Assembly (NCBI RefSeq): GCF_018350175.1
Contig: NC_058368.1
Coordinates: 56,360,001 to 56,424,000, forward strand
Source of the DNA: Felis catus
Lineage: Eukaryota
Direction of reading: 5' to 3'
Length of the DNA stretch: 64,000 nt
Position numbers and translations under genes: made by a program. Below are positions 38,981 to 52,278 of the stretch, piece by piece (the stretch's first letter is position 1; each line of letters starts with the position of its first letter). The notes below the pieces were generated by a model, which saw nothing but the letters and a program-made list of their open reading frames with translations, searched no databases and had not been told where the DNA came from.

Positions 38981-41354
38981 CCTGTTTTGGAAACTGTATT
39001 GCTGCACCACGGGTATCAGATCAACTGGACAGCAATAGTTCCAACTAGAGAACTATGAGGAAAGTAATTTGACTTCAAATTGAAAATTAGTCACTGGTAG
39101 AATAAGATCCTGATTGCGGAGCAGCCAAATGCACATAAAGATGTCTTGGGATGTGCTAAAAAGAAGAAACAAGAAAGAGTATGTAGTAAATCCAACTGTT
39201 AGGGCTAAAGGATAGACTAAGGATTCTAAGGCAAGCAAAACACTGAAAATAATAGAAAGATTTGTTTGTGCATTAAGTCAAAGCCAAATTAATCAAATGA
39301 TGTAAAAAAATACCTCACTGAAATTTTGTCACTCTAAATATGATGCATTTTTTAAAAACATGGTAAAAGTATATTAAAAACCCTATTGGAAAATTTGGGG
39401 ATTATCAATGTCCTCCCCAGATTTCTGTGAATTTCTAGGATCTGGTTACCAGCTTATGTTTTCATGGTAAATACTTGGTGCAAAATCTTTCTTCTCTTGA
39501 TTTAGTTTAGATTACTAATTATCATGAAACTCCTTATATGCTGCCTCTATACTGTAACATAGTCTGACAAGGTACTGGATCCCTTTGTCTAATTTTTAAA
39601 GCAACCATAAAGCAGCATAATGAGAGGAGCCAGGGATGTGGCATAAGTAAAGCTTTGGAGTGATAGAATTTTATAGCATAACATTTTAAATAGCTTTAAA
39701 ATATATTTATCTAAAGTTCTGATTGGCTTACAGGTACCTATAAATCTTATATAGTTTAGTATGTTTTGTCCATTTTCTTCCATAGTAATAACTGAAATAA
39801 TATTTTCACAAGAATGATTCATTCATTTACATTTAACCTCAAACTTGAAGGGAATAATTAACTTCAAAATCATTTTATTCTACCCTGTGAACCATGCAAC
39901 ATTTGTGAAAACTAAAAATTATCTGCCGTTATATCACCATGACATAAGTGAGTAAATTTTGTAGCTCAAACCTTCTTGGTAATGCCTTAAGCATAAATGG
40001 AGATACCCAATATTCTAAGGAAGATTCTGTCAGATTTTATATCAACGGGTTTATGGTAAGAGATCCACAGTTTGTATGAGATAAAATAAATAATATTTTC
40101 TTACGATCATAATGTGATAGCACATTATTTTCTCAGTAGATGCATACATATGTATGTATAGTTTGCCATTATCTCATTAACCTCTTTACATCTCATAGTT
40201 TGTATACTTATTAATTTATACTTCAGTCTTATTTTGAAGGTCCACTTTAACCCTCACTTTAATATAAATTGATTCCCCATTACAATCTCACATTCAATTC
40301 TTTATTTTCTTTTATGTATCATAATAATTTGAATTGCCCTTATATTTAAATAATACTTAGCATGTTTCCCTATCATTATAGTTTAAGTTTCATAAAATGC
40401 AGACTATGTATATTGTATCACCATGTTATAGAATCTCAAAGTTATTTATAACACGAATGAATACCTAAATAACTCTTTCTCAATTGTTTGCTTTCAGTTT
40501 TTTAATATAGTATTTACGCATTTAGGATTTTCAGGGTTTATTTTTTTTTCTCTCAGTATGATTAATGATGTTATGAGACAAATGAATTTTTAAATTTTCA
40601 TATTTGTTTTCTTGTACTTGTTTTCTCATTTGTTAAGTGTTGCAGATGTGTTTTTGTGTGGCACCAAATTAATTTGCATAAAGTAGCTATTTTAAATCAT
40701 ATCCATATGCTACATTAAAAAATTGCAGTTAATTTATCCTTTGTTGATAAATTAAAAAAAATAGTTATAAACAAAGAAAATTTGCATTTACCTCGTTAGT
40801 GCACAAGGAAAAAATGTTTTGACCATTTGAGGTTATTTTGTAATTGTAAAAATTTACTTAATGAAGACATATCCTTTTCTTGTATCTTTTTCTTTTCTGT
40901 GCCTGGTTTTCTCAAAACTGCTCCATTTAAGATTTATGTTGGCCCTATCCTAAAAATATAAAATCCAGATGCCATTGTGGCCAATTGAATATAATTTCCA
41001 CAGGAATAATGGGAGAACCTGAACATCTGTATAAATTTGTATAAACCAAAGTTGACACAAACTCTAACTTACATAGCACTTTAAGTGCCCCTACCACACA
41101 CACTCACATGGAAACACATACATGACAAATGAAAGTAAAATCTGAAGGAAAAAATTAACTGCACAGCAACAACAAAATCAGGACTATTAGCCTTTATCAC
41201 TGTATCTGAAAATATTTATTTAATACTCTTTTAAGCTTTTCTAAGTTTATTACAACCAATTACAGAAAGAAGGGAGGAAGGAATAGAGAGGAGTAAGAAA
41301 GACACAAGAGACAGAGAGACAGAGACAGAGAGAGGAAACGTAGACATTCTTGAG

Positions 41355-41775
41355 CCAGTATTGAGACTTTCCTTATGGGTGACACAGGTTTCTGGACATT
41401 TTGCAGAGACATTGTCTACCTCTGTCCTAGACTATTTTCAAAGATATTTGTTTAACAATCAGCCTAAGAAAATAGAAACTGTCTCCCTTTGGAGCTGGCA
41501 TGCTCACTGCCTTTTATAAAAGGTTTGAGTTTCCTAAACTAAGCATGCTTTTCATATAATGCAAACTATTCCATTTGCCAGCATCCATTTGGACCCATCT
41601 GATTGACTGCCATGTGGCATAGGGGGCTGAGGAAAAACCCTGATGCTCATGCTGCTTTCATTGCCATTAGCAATAAAATTCTTTGTCTCTGACCCATGTC
41701 TCATGTTTTGCCCACATCTATAAAACTGTAGCAAACTACTTTGTGAGCTTGCAAGTAGAGCAAAATTACACATCT
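41355..41775 (+). mobile_element. ERV1-class LTR (MER31/MER89/MER90-like)
   Basis: ctagactattttcaaagatatttgtttaacaatcagcc...tgtctccctttggagc; tataaaa; gcaataaaattctttgtctctgaccca poly(A) region; gcttgcaagtagagcaaaat. Confidence 0.7.
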
Positions 41776-42426
41776 TTCATGGTTGTTGACAGTTTTAGCA
41801 ATGATGATGGAATGCTGATATATAGTATTTGTGGAAACAAAGAATGTAGGCTTTTTATAGGTTGATTAATGGAATTTGAAGTAATTTCATCAAAACTGAT
41901 AGTGAACATATTGTCCAAAGTGTTATGGTCTAGTGGGTAATAAATAGTCTTCTGTTTATTTCTTATAAATGTAGACAAATTTGGTATGAGATGGGACTCT
42001 GTACTAAACAATAAGTCAAAGACAAGTGACCAAGTGGTGTCCTAATTGTTGGTAACAGTTCTCTGAGAGTAGTTCTTACCAATCAGTCAGTCTCAGCTCC
42101 ACCCCATTGTAACAGCCAGCATTAATTTCCGTTCTGAGTAGACCAAAAGTTCCAACCCATTTCAGACAACAACTATAGGTTCATCCTCAGCATAGAATCA
42201 CAGGATAACCATGGGGGTGGGGGATCTGGAAGCACTTACAGGTGGTTTCCATGAGAGATACAGGACTTAGGGTCACCTCTTATTGTTTTTATTAGAATTG
42301 ACAGTAAGGTTATGGAAAATGGCTATCAAATCATGATCTAAACTGACTGGTGAATGATATACCCAGCATTTAAATTTAAGGCTCTTGCAAAACTTATGAA
42401 GAGCTGTGACATAGAATTTTGTATGA

Positions 42427-42660
42427 GGGGCGCCTGAGTGGCTCAGTTGGGTTAAGCATCTGACTTCATCTCAGGTCATGATCTCACAGTTCGTGAGTTT
42501 GAGCCCTGCGTGGAGCTCTGTGCTGATAGTTCAGAGCCTGGAGCCTGCTTCGGATTCTGTGCCTCCCTCTCTCTCTCTGTCCCCCCTACCCCTGCTCGCT
42601 CTTGCTCTCCCTCTCTCTCTCTCTAAAAAATAAAACATTAAAGAAAAAACAATTTAAAAA
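42427..42660 (+). mobile_element. Can-SINE (feliform type)
   Basis: ggggcgcctgagtggctcag head, full core, TSD-like attttgtatga / attttgtttga. Confidence 0.96.
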
Positions 42661-43051
42661 AATATTTTGTTTGAGAGGAAAAATATAAGAATGACTGTAT
42701 AAGACAAAGTATCATCATCAATGGCTTCCGTCTCCAGTACCTATTGGGGTCTACAGGATATCTTCATCAGATGCCAGTGTTGCTATCCCTCCACTGCCAC
42801 AAAATTGGCAATTTGTTTTAAAAAAACAACAATTGTAAATACATATTGTTTTAAAGCCGATAGATGATGCTTACACCACAAGTTTTAGTGGGGAAAAGTG
42901 ACACATAACCATTTATAGAGAACATGTACTGCCTGAGCTCAATTGCATTCAAATGCATGTGACTCCAAAAATGGGAGAAAAGATATTTTTAATTTTTTTG
43001 TTTATGTCTGAGCTGTGGCATTATATGTGACTCATATTTTGTTCGTGAACC

Positions 43052-43262
43052 TTTTTAAAATTTTCTTTAGTGTTTATTTATTTTTGAGAGAGAGAGAGTG
43101 CAAGCAGGGAGGGTCAGAGAGAGAAGACACAGAATCCAGATGCAGGCTCCAGGCTCTGAGCTGTCAGCACAGAGTCCCACATGGGGCTTGAACTCACAAG
43201 CCATGAGATCATGACCTGAGCCAAAGTCAGACGCTTAACCGACTGAGCCACCCAGGTGCCCC
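43052..43262 (-). mobile_element. Can-SINE (feliform type)
   Basis: Full core; TSD tcatatttttgttc / tcatattttgttc. Confidence 0.96.
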
Positions 43263-43961
43263 TCATATTTTGTTCATTGAAAACTGTATTTTTATTTATT
43301 TAATTTTTCATTTTCTTAATTTAAATTTTTAAAATTTTATGAGTTTATCATTCAGGTATATTAAAGCTCCTTTAATCTGTTTTCTGCATTCAGGTAAAAT
43401 GTTATGTCTTAATGTATCAGAGGTTAGCTATTAAAATCTAATTGTTTATTAGCAGACAATTTCAATTCATTCAAGTATACCTTATATAATATGATTTTCA
43501 GACCTATTATGTCCCTTGTGTCATTCCTGATGTAAAAATATTCCATAGCTTATCTGAATCTCAGAACCCTGTTTTGCCTTTATATTTTTCATGCTCTCAG
43601 AAATCAAAATGAAGTTGGATGGTTCAAAATACTTCCATTTAAATATATACAAAATTATCAGCACAATTTGTAACCTCATTAAGAGGACACAAAATGGAAC
43701 AATGGAAGAACCAAATTGTGTACTTGAATGTGCCAGACCTGTAATTAAATTTCATTTTGATGTGATGTATTAATCAGTGTTAGAAAATCATGTATCCATT
43801 TATACATTATAAATACAAATTATGAAATGATATATATTTATATTGTATATTACATTTTCATTAGCCATATCACTTCTTTATGGCCCCAATATGACTTCAT
43901 TTTAGAATATTTGGTAGCAGCAATTAGACTATCATCAATACTTAAGTTTTTTTGTTTTGTA

Positions 43962-44177
43962 TTTAAAAAAAAATTTTAATGTTTATTTATTTTTGAGAGT
44001 GAGAGACAGAGCATGAGCAGGGGAGGGGCAGAGAGCAAGGGAAGCATAGAATCTGAAGCAGGCTCCAGGCTCTGAGCTGTCAGCACAGAGCCCGATGAGG
44101 GACTTGAACTCATGAACCCTGAAATCATGACCTGAGCTGAAGTCGGACTCTTAACCAACTGAGCCACTCAGGCACCG
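43962..44177 (-). mobile_element. Can-SINE (feliform type)
   Basis: Full core; abuts the tail of an older SINE. Confidence 0.95.
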
Positions 44178-44179
44178 CT

Positions 44180-44622
44180 GTTTGTTTTAATTTTGGGAGA
44201 GAGAGAAAAGCACACACTGTCTCTCATGTGTTAAGAGGAGAGGGAAAGGAAGAGGGAGAGAGAATCTTTTTGTTTTATTTAAAAAAAAATGTTTAATGTT
44301 TATTTATTTTTGAGACACAGAGAGACAGAGCATGAATTGGGGATGGTCAGAGAGAGGGAGACACAGAATCCGAAACAGGCTCCAGGCTCTGAGCTGTCAG
44401 CACAGAGCCCGACGCAGGGCTCGGACTCACGCACCATGAGATCATGACCTGAGCCAAAGTCGGAAGCTCAACTGACTGAGCCACCCAAGTGCCCCTAGGG
44501 AGGGAGAATCTTAAGCAGGCTTCACACCCAGCATGGAGTGGGAGGTGGGGCTCAATCTCACAATCATGACCTGAGCTGAAATTGAAAGTCAAATGCTTAA
44601 CCGACCGAGGCATGCAGACACA
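44180..44622 (-). mobile_element. Older Can-SINE split by a younger SINE (44269-44495)
   Basis: Tail/GA tract at 44180-44268 and body gagaatcttaagcaggcttcacacccagcatggag...cttaaccgac at 44497-44622. Confidence 0.85.
44269..44495 (-). mobile_element. Young Can-SINE nested in an older SINE
   Basis: Retains several CpGs; TSD agggagagagaatctt (44253-44268) / agggagggagaatctt (44497-44512). Confidence 0.96.
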
Positions 44623-44963
44623 CCAATAGTTAAGGTTCATTATTCTTTTTTTGATTCTGAAGATTGCATATACATATATGATTCGATTTTATAGAGTCTA
44701 ATTTAATTTGTCCATATTTTGCAAGTGTATTGTCAGTTTAATGATAACATATACTGTATATTTAAAAGATTGTTCAAATTGATACTTCCTTCACTCCCCT
44801 TTACTTTCCCTTTCAAAGGTCTAAGAGAAAAAATTTCTTCTTTCCTTTTCCCCTTTTATTCTATATAGGATTCCAATTAGAATTGTATTTTTTATGAATA
44901 GGTGATTTTTCAGTCTTACAAGATTCTATTAGTAGCTTTCTGTCAACAAAGCGTGCTTATCTA

Positions 44964-45187
44964 GGGGCGCCTGGGTGGCTCAGTCGGTTAAATGCCTGAC
45001 TTCAGCTTAGGTCATGATCTCATAGTCTGTGAGTTCAAGCCCCGTGTCAGGTTCTGTGCTGACAGCTCAGAGCCTGGAGCCTGCTTCAGATTCTGTGTCT
45101 CCCTCTCTCTCTGCCCTTCCCCTGCTCATGCTCTGTCTCTCTCTGTCTCAGAAATAAATAAAAACATTAAAAAAAAAACAAAAAAAA
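44964..45187 (+). mobile_element. Can-SINE (feliform type)
   Basis: 19-bp TSD aacaaagc(g/a)tgcttatcta (44945-44963 / 45188-45206). Confidence 0.97.
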
Positions 45188-45407
45188 AACAAAGCATGCT
45201 TATCTAAGCCTGGGGAAGGTGTGCTGTTCAGTGAGAAAAAGAGGAACATGTTTAAGGTGTGTTTCCATATAGAGCTATTTCTTATACTTCAGTTGTAACA
45301 GCAGCTCAGATGTCACAGAGCTCACTAGTCCATTGTTATCATAAAACAAAAGTCTTTTTTTATGTCTTTATTGGGATATAATTGATATACAAAAATTGAA
45401 AGTATTT

Positions 45408-45620
45408 GGGGCACCCTGGTGACTCAGTCAGTTGAGCATCCAACTCTTGATCTAGGCTCAGGTCATGATCTTGTGTTTCGTGGGTTTGAGCCCTACATCA
45501 GGCTCCACGCTGACAGTGTAGAGCCTGCTTGGGATTCTCTCTCTCCCTCTCTCTCTGCCCCTCTTTGGCTCATGTGCTCTGTCTCTCTCTATATATAACA
45601 ATAAATAAATAAATTTTATT
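45408..45620 (+). mobile_element. Can-SINE (older subtype) nested in L1
   Basis: TSD aaaaattgaaagtattt (45391-45407) / aaaaatttaaattattt (45621-45637). Confidence 0.94.
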
Positions 45621-45759
45621 AAAAATTTAAATTATTTAATATATATAATTTGATGAGTTTAGACATAAGCATATAGCCATGATACCATCATCATGATCAA
45701 TATAATAATTATATCCATCATTTCCAAAACTTTACTTGTCCCTTTGTCGCCATCACCTC

Positions 45760-45829
45760 TGCTACTGCTGCTTCTGCTTCTTCTTCTTCTTCTTCTTCTT
45801 CTTCTTCTTCTTCTTCATCTTCTTCTTCT
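45760..45829. repeat. (CTG)/(CTT)n microsatellite
   Basis: Direct reading; it produces the poly-Leu ORF 45693-45878. Confidence 0.95.
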
Positions 45830-46151
45830 GGTGGTAAAAATATTTATCATGAGATCTACCTTCTTAACAAAATTTTAAGTGCACAAAACCATATTTTTTT
45901 ACTATAGACACTATGTTGTATAGCAGATCTCTAGAACTTATACATCCTATATAATTGTAACTTTATACCAACTGAAAAAGAATCCTGTGGAATGGGAGCC
46001 AATTTGACTTTAATGTATAAAGACATATACTTAGAATATAGTCCATAATGACAAATTAATGACTTCATATGGTGATCAGTCCCCCAAAAGTGTCTATTTC
46101 AACAATTAATTAAAAACTGGCTGTTTTAAAATACTTTATACGTGTTTTGAA

Positions 46152-46155
<4 letters not shown>

Positions 46156-46187
<32 letters not shown>

Positions 46188-46203
46188 ACGCGCGTGTGTG
46201 TGT
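46156..46203. repeat. (GT)n microsatellite
   Basis: Direct reading. Confidence 0.95.
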
Positions 46204-46964
46204 TTTTGGGTATGTGTTCTCCTTGTAGGTGCCCAAGGAAGATGTAAAGAATAAATGATTTTCCTTGCTACTGCTGACTTTGCATTTTATCACATAACAG
46301 GCAACTCAAATGTATAAAAAAACAGATGATGCATAAATTTAACTAAGAAGTCAAAAGATTAGTATACTGCAAAATATAAAATATTGATAAGAGCTTAAAT
46401 AAGACACACACACACACAAAATGAAAGATACACATATTCATGTACTGGTGGACTTAATATTGCTAAAATGTCCTTTGCCCAAATTAATCTAAAGATTCAG
46501 TGATGGTGGCTCCACACTCCTAATTTCAAAATATATTCCAAAGCTACAGTAATCAAAATAGCATAGTTCTGGCATAAGAACAGACATATAAAACAATAGA
46601 ACAGAATAGTAAGCCCCAAAATAAATCCATGTGTGTACAGTCATCTGAATTTCAACAAGGTTGCCAAGAATATAATGGTGAAAGAATAGTCTCTTTGACA
46701 AATGATGTTTTTTTTAAAAAACCCTGAATATTAATATACAGAAGAATGAAACTGGACCCTTATCTTACAGCACACACAAAAAAATCAATTCAAATGGACT
46801 AAAGACTTAAAATATAGACCTAGAATTATAAAACTAGCAGAAGAAAATGGAAAAGGTCATGACATTGGTATTGGCAACGATTTCATAGAGATGATACCAA
46901 TGCATGAACAACAAAAAGAAAAATAAACAAGTGGGACTACATCAAATTAAAAAGTTTCTGCACA

Positions 46965-47178
46965 AGGGCAACTGGGTGGCTCAGTTGTTGAGTGTCTGAC
47001 TCTGATTTAAGCTCAGGCCATGATCCCAGGGTCTTGGGATCAAGCCCCATGTCAGATCCCACACTCAGCTTGGAACCTGCCTAAGATTCTCTCTCTCCCT
47101 CCGTCTGCCCCTCTTCCCTGCTCACATGCTCTCTATCCCTCTAAAATAGAAATGAATTAATAAACAAACAAATAAATA
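46965..47178 (+). mobile_element. Can-SINE (older subtype) nested in L1
   Basis: gggcaactgggtggctcag head, catgatcccagggtcttgggatcaagcccc core; TSD-like agtttctgcaca / agttttgcata. Confidence 0.93.
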
Positions 47179-47974
47179 CAGTTTTGCATAGCAAAGGAAA
47201 CAATGAGCAGGATGAAAAGGCAACATGTCCGATGAGAGAAAATGTTTGCAAACCATATATCAGATAAGTAATTAATCTCAAAAATAGTGAAGGAAAACCA
47301 GTAATTCGATACCAACAATAATTTAAAAACCTAGTAAATTGATTTTTAAAATAGATTAAGGAATTCAATAGACATTTCTTTAGAGAAGACATACAAATGG
47401 CCAATAGTATATAAAAAGGTGCTCGATATCACTGATCATCAGGAAAATGCAAATAAAAGCCACAGTGATTCTGAATAACACACTGGTCAAAGAGAAATGT
47501 CAAGAGAATTTTATTAAATTGAACTAAATGAAAATAAAACACAATTTATCATAATTTGTGGAAAGCAGTTAAAGCAATACTGGGAGGCAATTTTGTAATG
47601 ATAAATGACATTCATTGCCAAAAAGGAAAGATTTAAGATCAATAATGTACACCCCCACTGAAGAAACTACAAAAAGAAAAGCAAATTATACTGAAAGAAA
47701 GAAAGAAAGAAGAAACAAGGAGGAGGAGGAGGAACAGGAGGAAGAGGGAGTGGAGGAGAAGGAGGAGGAGAAGAGCAGAGGAGAAGGAGAAGTAGAGCAA
47801 AATTTTAAAAATTGAAAACAGGAAATTAATTGAGAAGATCAATCAAACCAAAAGTTACTTCTTTGAAAAGCAGCTTCTAGTTAGTCTATCTAAGATATAA
47901 AGAGAAAGTATACAAATTGCTAATACCAGACAGGAAAGAGGGGATATCACTACAGATCCTATAAACATTAAAAC

Positions 47975-48020
<46 letters not shown>
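47975..48020. repeat. (AAT)n microsatellite
   Basis: Direct reading; it produces the poly-Tyr ORF. Confidence 0.95.
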
Positions 48021-48024
<4 letters not shown>

Positions 48025-49379
48025 CTATGAGCAATTATATGCCCATGGGCCAATTTCTTCACAATTTTCCAAAACTCACATGCACACACAATATATACAA
48101 TCTGAGTTCATGAACAACGGAGTCCATGTCAATATATCAAGATGTTAGTTCTTCCCAACTTTCTTTACAGATTCAATACAATTCAAATTAAAATCCCAAC
48201 AAGTTATCTGCAGAGAGAAGCAAATTGTTTCCACAGTTTAAATGCGGGGGGGGGGGGGGGGTAGGGCGGAAACAGAGTAGCTAGCACAACATTAAAGGAG
48301 AATAGCAAAGTTGGGAGACTGACACTACTTAACTTTATGACTTACTATAAAGCTACAATAAACAGGATGGTGTGGTATTAACCAAAGCAAAGCAAAACAA
48401 AACAAAACAAAACAAAACAAAAACAAAACAAAACAAAATCAATGGAACAGAATAGAAAGCTCAGAAATAGACCTACATAAACATGGTCAAGTGATCTTCA
48501 ACAGAAGGTCAATGGCAATTCAATGGAGCAAAGTTACTGTTTTCAACAAGTAGTGCAGAAACAACTAGACATCCACAAGCACTGTTGGTAGCGATGAAAA
48601 TGGTACAAACTTTGTTAGAAACATTAAGATGACTTCTCAGTATATAGAAAATAGAACTACTATGTGATCTAGCAATCCCACTCGTGGGTATTTATCCAAG
48701 ATAATTTAAACCGTATTCTCAAGGTGATATTGCTGCTTTCATGTTCATTGCTGCACTATTCACAGTAGCCAAAGTACGAAAGCAAACTAAATGTCCATCA
48801 AACAATGAATGGACAAAAAAAATATGATATATACTTTCAAAGGAGTATTCTTCAGCCTTAAAAAAAGAGGAAATTCTTTAATATGCAACAAAATGGATGA
48901 TCCTTGAGGACACTATGCTAAGTGAAATAAACCAGACACAGAAAGACAAATGTTGCATTATTCCACAGATGAGAGGTATCTCAAATAGTCAAATTCATAG
49001 AACAAAAGAGTTTTATAGTGGTTCTAGAGGCTGGACAGAGGGGGAAATTAGAAATTACTAATCAATATGTATTAAGTTTCAGTTAAGTAAGATGAATAAA
49101 GATACGCTGTACAATATTATATCTGGTGTAAACAACACTGCATTGTACACTCAAACATTTGTGAAGATGATAGATTTCATGTTAATTGTTGTTGCTGTAA
49201 TTAGAAAAAAAAAGATGAGAGTAGAATTTTCTGACTCTAGGACACACTTCTTTCTTTCATGTTAGCCATGGAAGCGCTACTTCAGACATACAGGGTTTGG
49301 TGAAACACAGATTAGAAAACACCATTCTAAGACCATTTGTGATTATTAGTGCTCATTTTTGAAATCATTAGTCCAGATG

Positions 49380-49527
49380 AATACTTCTTACCACTTAATG
49401 TGCATACAAATCACTTGGGGATCCTGGTAAATGTACATTTAGATTAAATCTGGATAGGTACAGTTACTCTGCATTTATAATTAGCTTCTAGGGGATTAAT
49501 GTGGACTCTCCTCACTGTGAGAGGCAA
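49380..49527 (+). mobile_element. MER5-like hAT-Charlie fossil
   Basis: aatgtgcatacaaatcacttggggatcctggtaaatgtacatt...ctctgcatttataattagcttctagggga. Confidence 0.6.
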
Positions 49528-49671
49528 AAGGGGATATATTATTTAAATCAAATTATTTTATTTTATCTAAAATTATAATATATATTTTGGGTCAACTCTG
49601 ATATATATCACTAAATTGCAATTGATTATATTTTTATTTAAGTTAATTTTATGACAGCCAAATCATTTATT

Positions 49672-49949
49672 CTTTATTTCTTTTTCTTTTTTAAAATTTT
49701 AATTAATTAATTAATTAATTTTTTACTTTTATTTATTTTTTTTAGAGGTAGAGAGAAGAGAGCACATGGGAGCGGGAGAGAAGGGCGAGGGAGAGAGAGA
49801 GAGAGAGAGATGGAGAGAGAGAGAATCTTAAGCAGGCTCCACGCTCAGCATGGAGCCCGACATGGGACTCAATCCCATGACTCTGGGATCATGACCTGAG
49901 CTGAAACCAAGAGTCTGATGTTCAACTGACTGAGCCTCCCAGATGTCCC
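49672..49949 (-). mobile_element. Can-SINE (older subtype) with long AT-rich tail
   Basis: gagaatcttaagcaggctccacgctcagcatggagcccgac core; TSD-like aatcattt on both sides. Confidence 0.94.
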
Positions 49950-51217
49950 AATTGCTAATCATTTCTTAAGTACATGAATAACTGAGTATTGGGGTGAGGC
50001 AGCTTGATATGTATGGGCTGGCAGTCATTAGAGAACACTGTCCATAATAAAAAAATGCCCTAGGTAATTTCTATAAAGAAGATAAGTAATGGCTGATAAA
50101 TAATATACTCTAATTATCACACATTAATTAATTCTTATGAGAATACACAAAGCACTGACTTGTATTCCTAATTTTCAAGAGAGGAATAATACATTAAATC
50201 AATATTAAATATTTCCCAACAATTTACGAATGTTGAAAATATGGTACTGCCACCTCTTGGTTAGAGGTATAGTAGCAAGATGAGTGCTGTTTAAGAGGTA
50301 TATATTTTTTCATTGTTTTATATACTAATATATTTAGTAATAATAGTAATATGTTTCCATCACTTTATTTACTAATAGTTGATGACATCAGATTTCAGTC
50401 ATTTAGGTAGAAAGACATCAAGTATTTGGACTCATTTGTGAATACCTTACCTTTGTTGATTATTGTGTTGATATTATGCTAAAGAGTTTCTTAGTGCAAA
50501 ATAGCTAGCCTTTCCCCTTTATTCTGGTGTCACTAGCAAAAAACATAATGGGAAATTATTTATTTGGTAGAAAGTCATATATGTCAGTGCTGATTTTCAT
50601 TATGAGTAAATTGAGGCTATTTTTTCCTCTTCCTTTCATGTAAAATTGAGCCATTTGGAACAATCTGCCTAGCTATGGAAAGAAGAAACAAGTAATACCC
50701 ACATTATTTTACAAAGAGGATGAGATTTCACTACTTGGTAACATCCTGGGACTTAATACATCATTTAATGTCATATTCATATGACTTCATGGATCAATTT
50801 TGTTAGACAAAACAAAGAAAAATCAAATATATACATGTATATATAGTTCTTTTAGAACATCACCTGCAATTTCAGTTGCCTACTGAAGGTAGAAAGGGAG
50901 AAAAACCAAATCACTGAACAATATTGGAAGATTGAGTGTCTGATATTTGATACGTATTTCTTTAAACAGTAAATGACAACAAAAAAGGGAAGATTATACA
51001 TACCATTGGTATAAACTGATATGTGCAAGTTTAGGAGGGAGTTGCCAGATCTTATTTTTTAAAGAAATATAGCCATTTAATTTTTTCTGTAAAACATTGT
51101 TTTGTAAATGATGAGTTCCTTTTATTCTTCTTTTTAAAACTGTAGGCCACTGGTTTGCTACCTATCTTATAATATATAGAATCTTAAAATAGGATGTTTT
51201 GTTAGAGATCATGTCTT

Positions 51218-51413
51218 CCTTTTTATTTATTTTATTTTCTTTAACGTGTATTTATTTTTAAGAGAGACAGAGTGCAGGCAGGGGAATCTGAAGCAGGCTC
51301 CAGGTTCCGAGCTGTCAACACAGAGCCCAATGCAGGGCTCGAACTCACGAACCATGAGATCATGCTCTGAGCCAAAGTTGGATACTTAACCGACTGAGCC
51401 ACCCAGACGTCCC
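51218..51413 (-). mobile_element. Can-SINE (feliform type)
   Basis: Perfect 14-bp TSD agagatcatgtctt (51204-51217 / 51414-51427). Confidence 0.96.
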
Positions 51414-51996
51414 AGAGATCATGTCTTTCTTAACAGTTTTACAAATAAATATCCTAAGATCAAATTGATTTGACCATGATGTGGTCAAATGTGTCTGGAT
51501 TAGAAGTCAGATCTAATGATATTTAGTCTGATGTTCATTGGTAAAGTATACTGAAAAACATTGTAAGACTACCCTTACTGTACAAACATTAATGTAAAAT
51601 TTAAGTAGATTATATCTGTTTTCCCCTCTGGTGTATGCTATAGGACACAGGGTATGCATGCATCTAATCATGATTCTTCAAAGGTACTATAGATTGTTTT
51701 TCCTCTTTTCCTTAGGTGTTTTTCATTATTCATGCCATATAATGAATGACAGAGTCTCTGTTGAATATATTAAAATCTATAATATATTGATGGTGTTAAA
51801 ATGTCAATTCTTTGTTTATTTCTTGCAAGGAACTCAATGTGTATTATGAAACTAGCACATTAATCTTGCATTATCAGTTTGAGATAGTGGAAAACAAGTA
51901 TTATTTGACATATGACTTGACTTATGAATACAGAAGAGAATCTGAAATATATTTTTCAAATAAACAGGAAGATAGTGATAAAAAGGTGATTACACT

Positions 51997-52278
51997 TGAT
52001 GATAGTTAATTTAATGCATCAACTTGACTCGACACAGGGAGTCCAGATACTTGGTTAAACATTATTCTGAATATTTCTGTGATGGTGTTTTTGCATGTGA
52101 TTAACACAAATAGGTCGGCTGAGTAAAGCAGATTGTTCTCCCTAATGTAGATGGGCCTCATCCAATCAGCCGAAGGTCTGAATAGAACAGTGGGCTGGCC
52201 TTCCTCCCAGTAAGAGAGAATTCCCCTGCTCAATGGCTTTATACTATTGGTTCTGTTTTTCTAGAAAATCCTAATACA
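51997..52278 (+). mobile_element. MLT2-type ERVL LTR (internally deleted)
   Basis: gttaatttaatgcatcaacttgact..., ctgagtaaagcagattgttctccctaatgtagatgggcctcatccaatcagccgaaggtctgaatagaaca, end attggttctgtttttctagaaaatcctaataca. Confidence 0.85.

Larger units (their letters stand above)
45360..45985 (-). mobile_element. L1MA-type 3' end with nested SINE and (CTT)n
   Basis: tttattgggatataattgatatac...atgagatctaccttcttaacaaaattttaagtg...gttgtatagcagatctctagaactt. Confidence 0.85.
46325..49212 (+). mobile_element. Composite old L1 block: L1MA-type ORF2 end and 3'UTR, interrupted by a second L1 ORF2 fragment (~47470-48578)
   Basis: aaagctacagtaatcaaaa, gaagaatgaaactggaccct, gaagacatacaaatggccaa, aggaaaatgcaaataaaagccac; then a restart at upstream ORF2 sequence; then gatctagcaatcccactc and a 3'UTR ending in an A-run at ~49205-49213. 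Confidence 0.85.

Noticed and set aside
47615..47815. Glu/Lys-rich ORF
   Set aside because: Purine-rich simple-repeat expansion within an L1 remnant.
51468..51490. Hairpin atttgacca-tgatg-tggtcaaat
   Set aside because: A 9-bp stem is plausible by chance and it has no supporting context.
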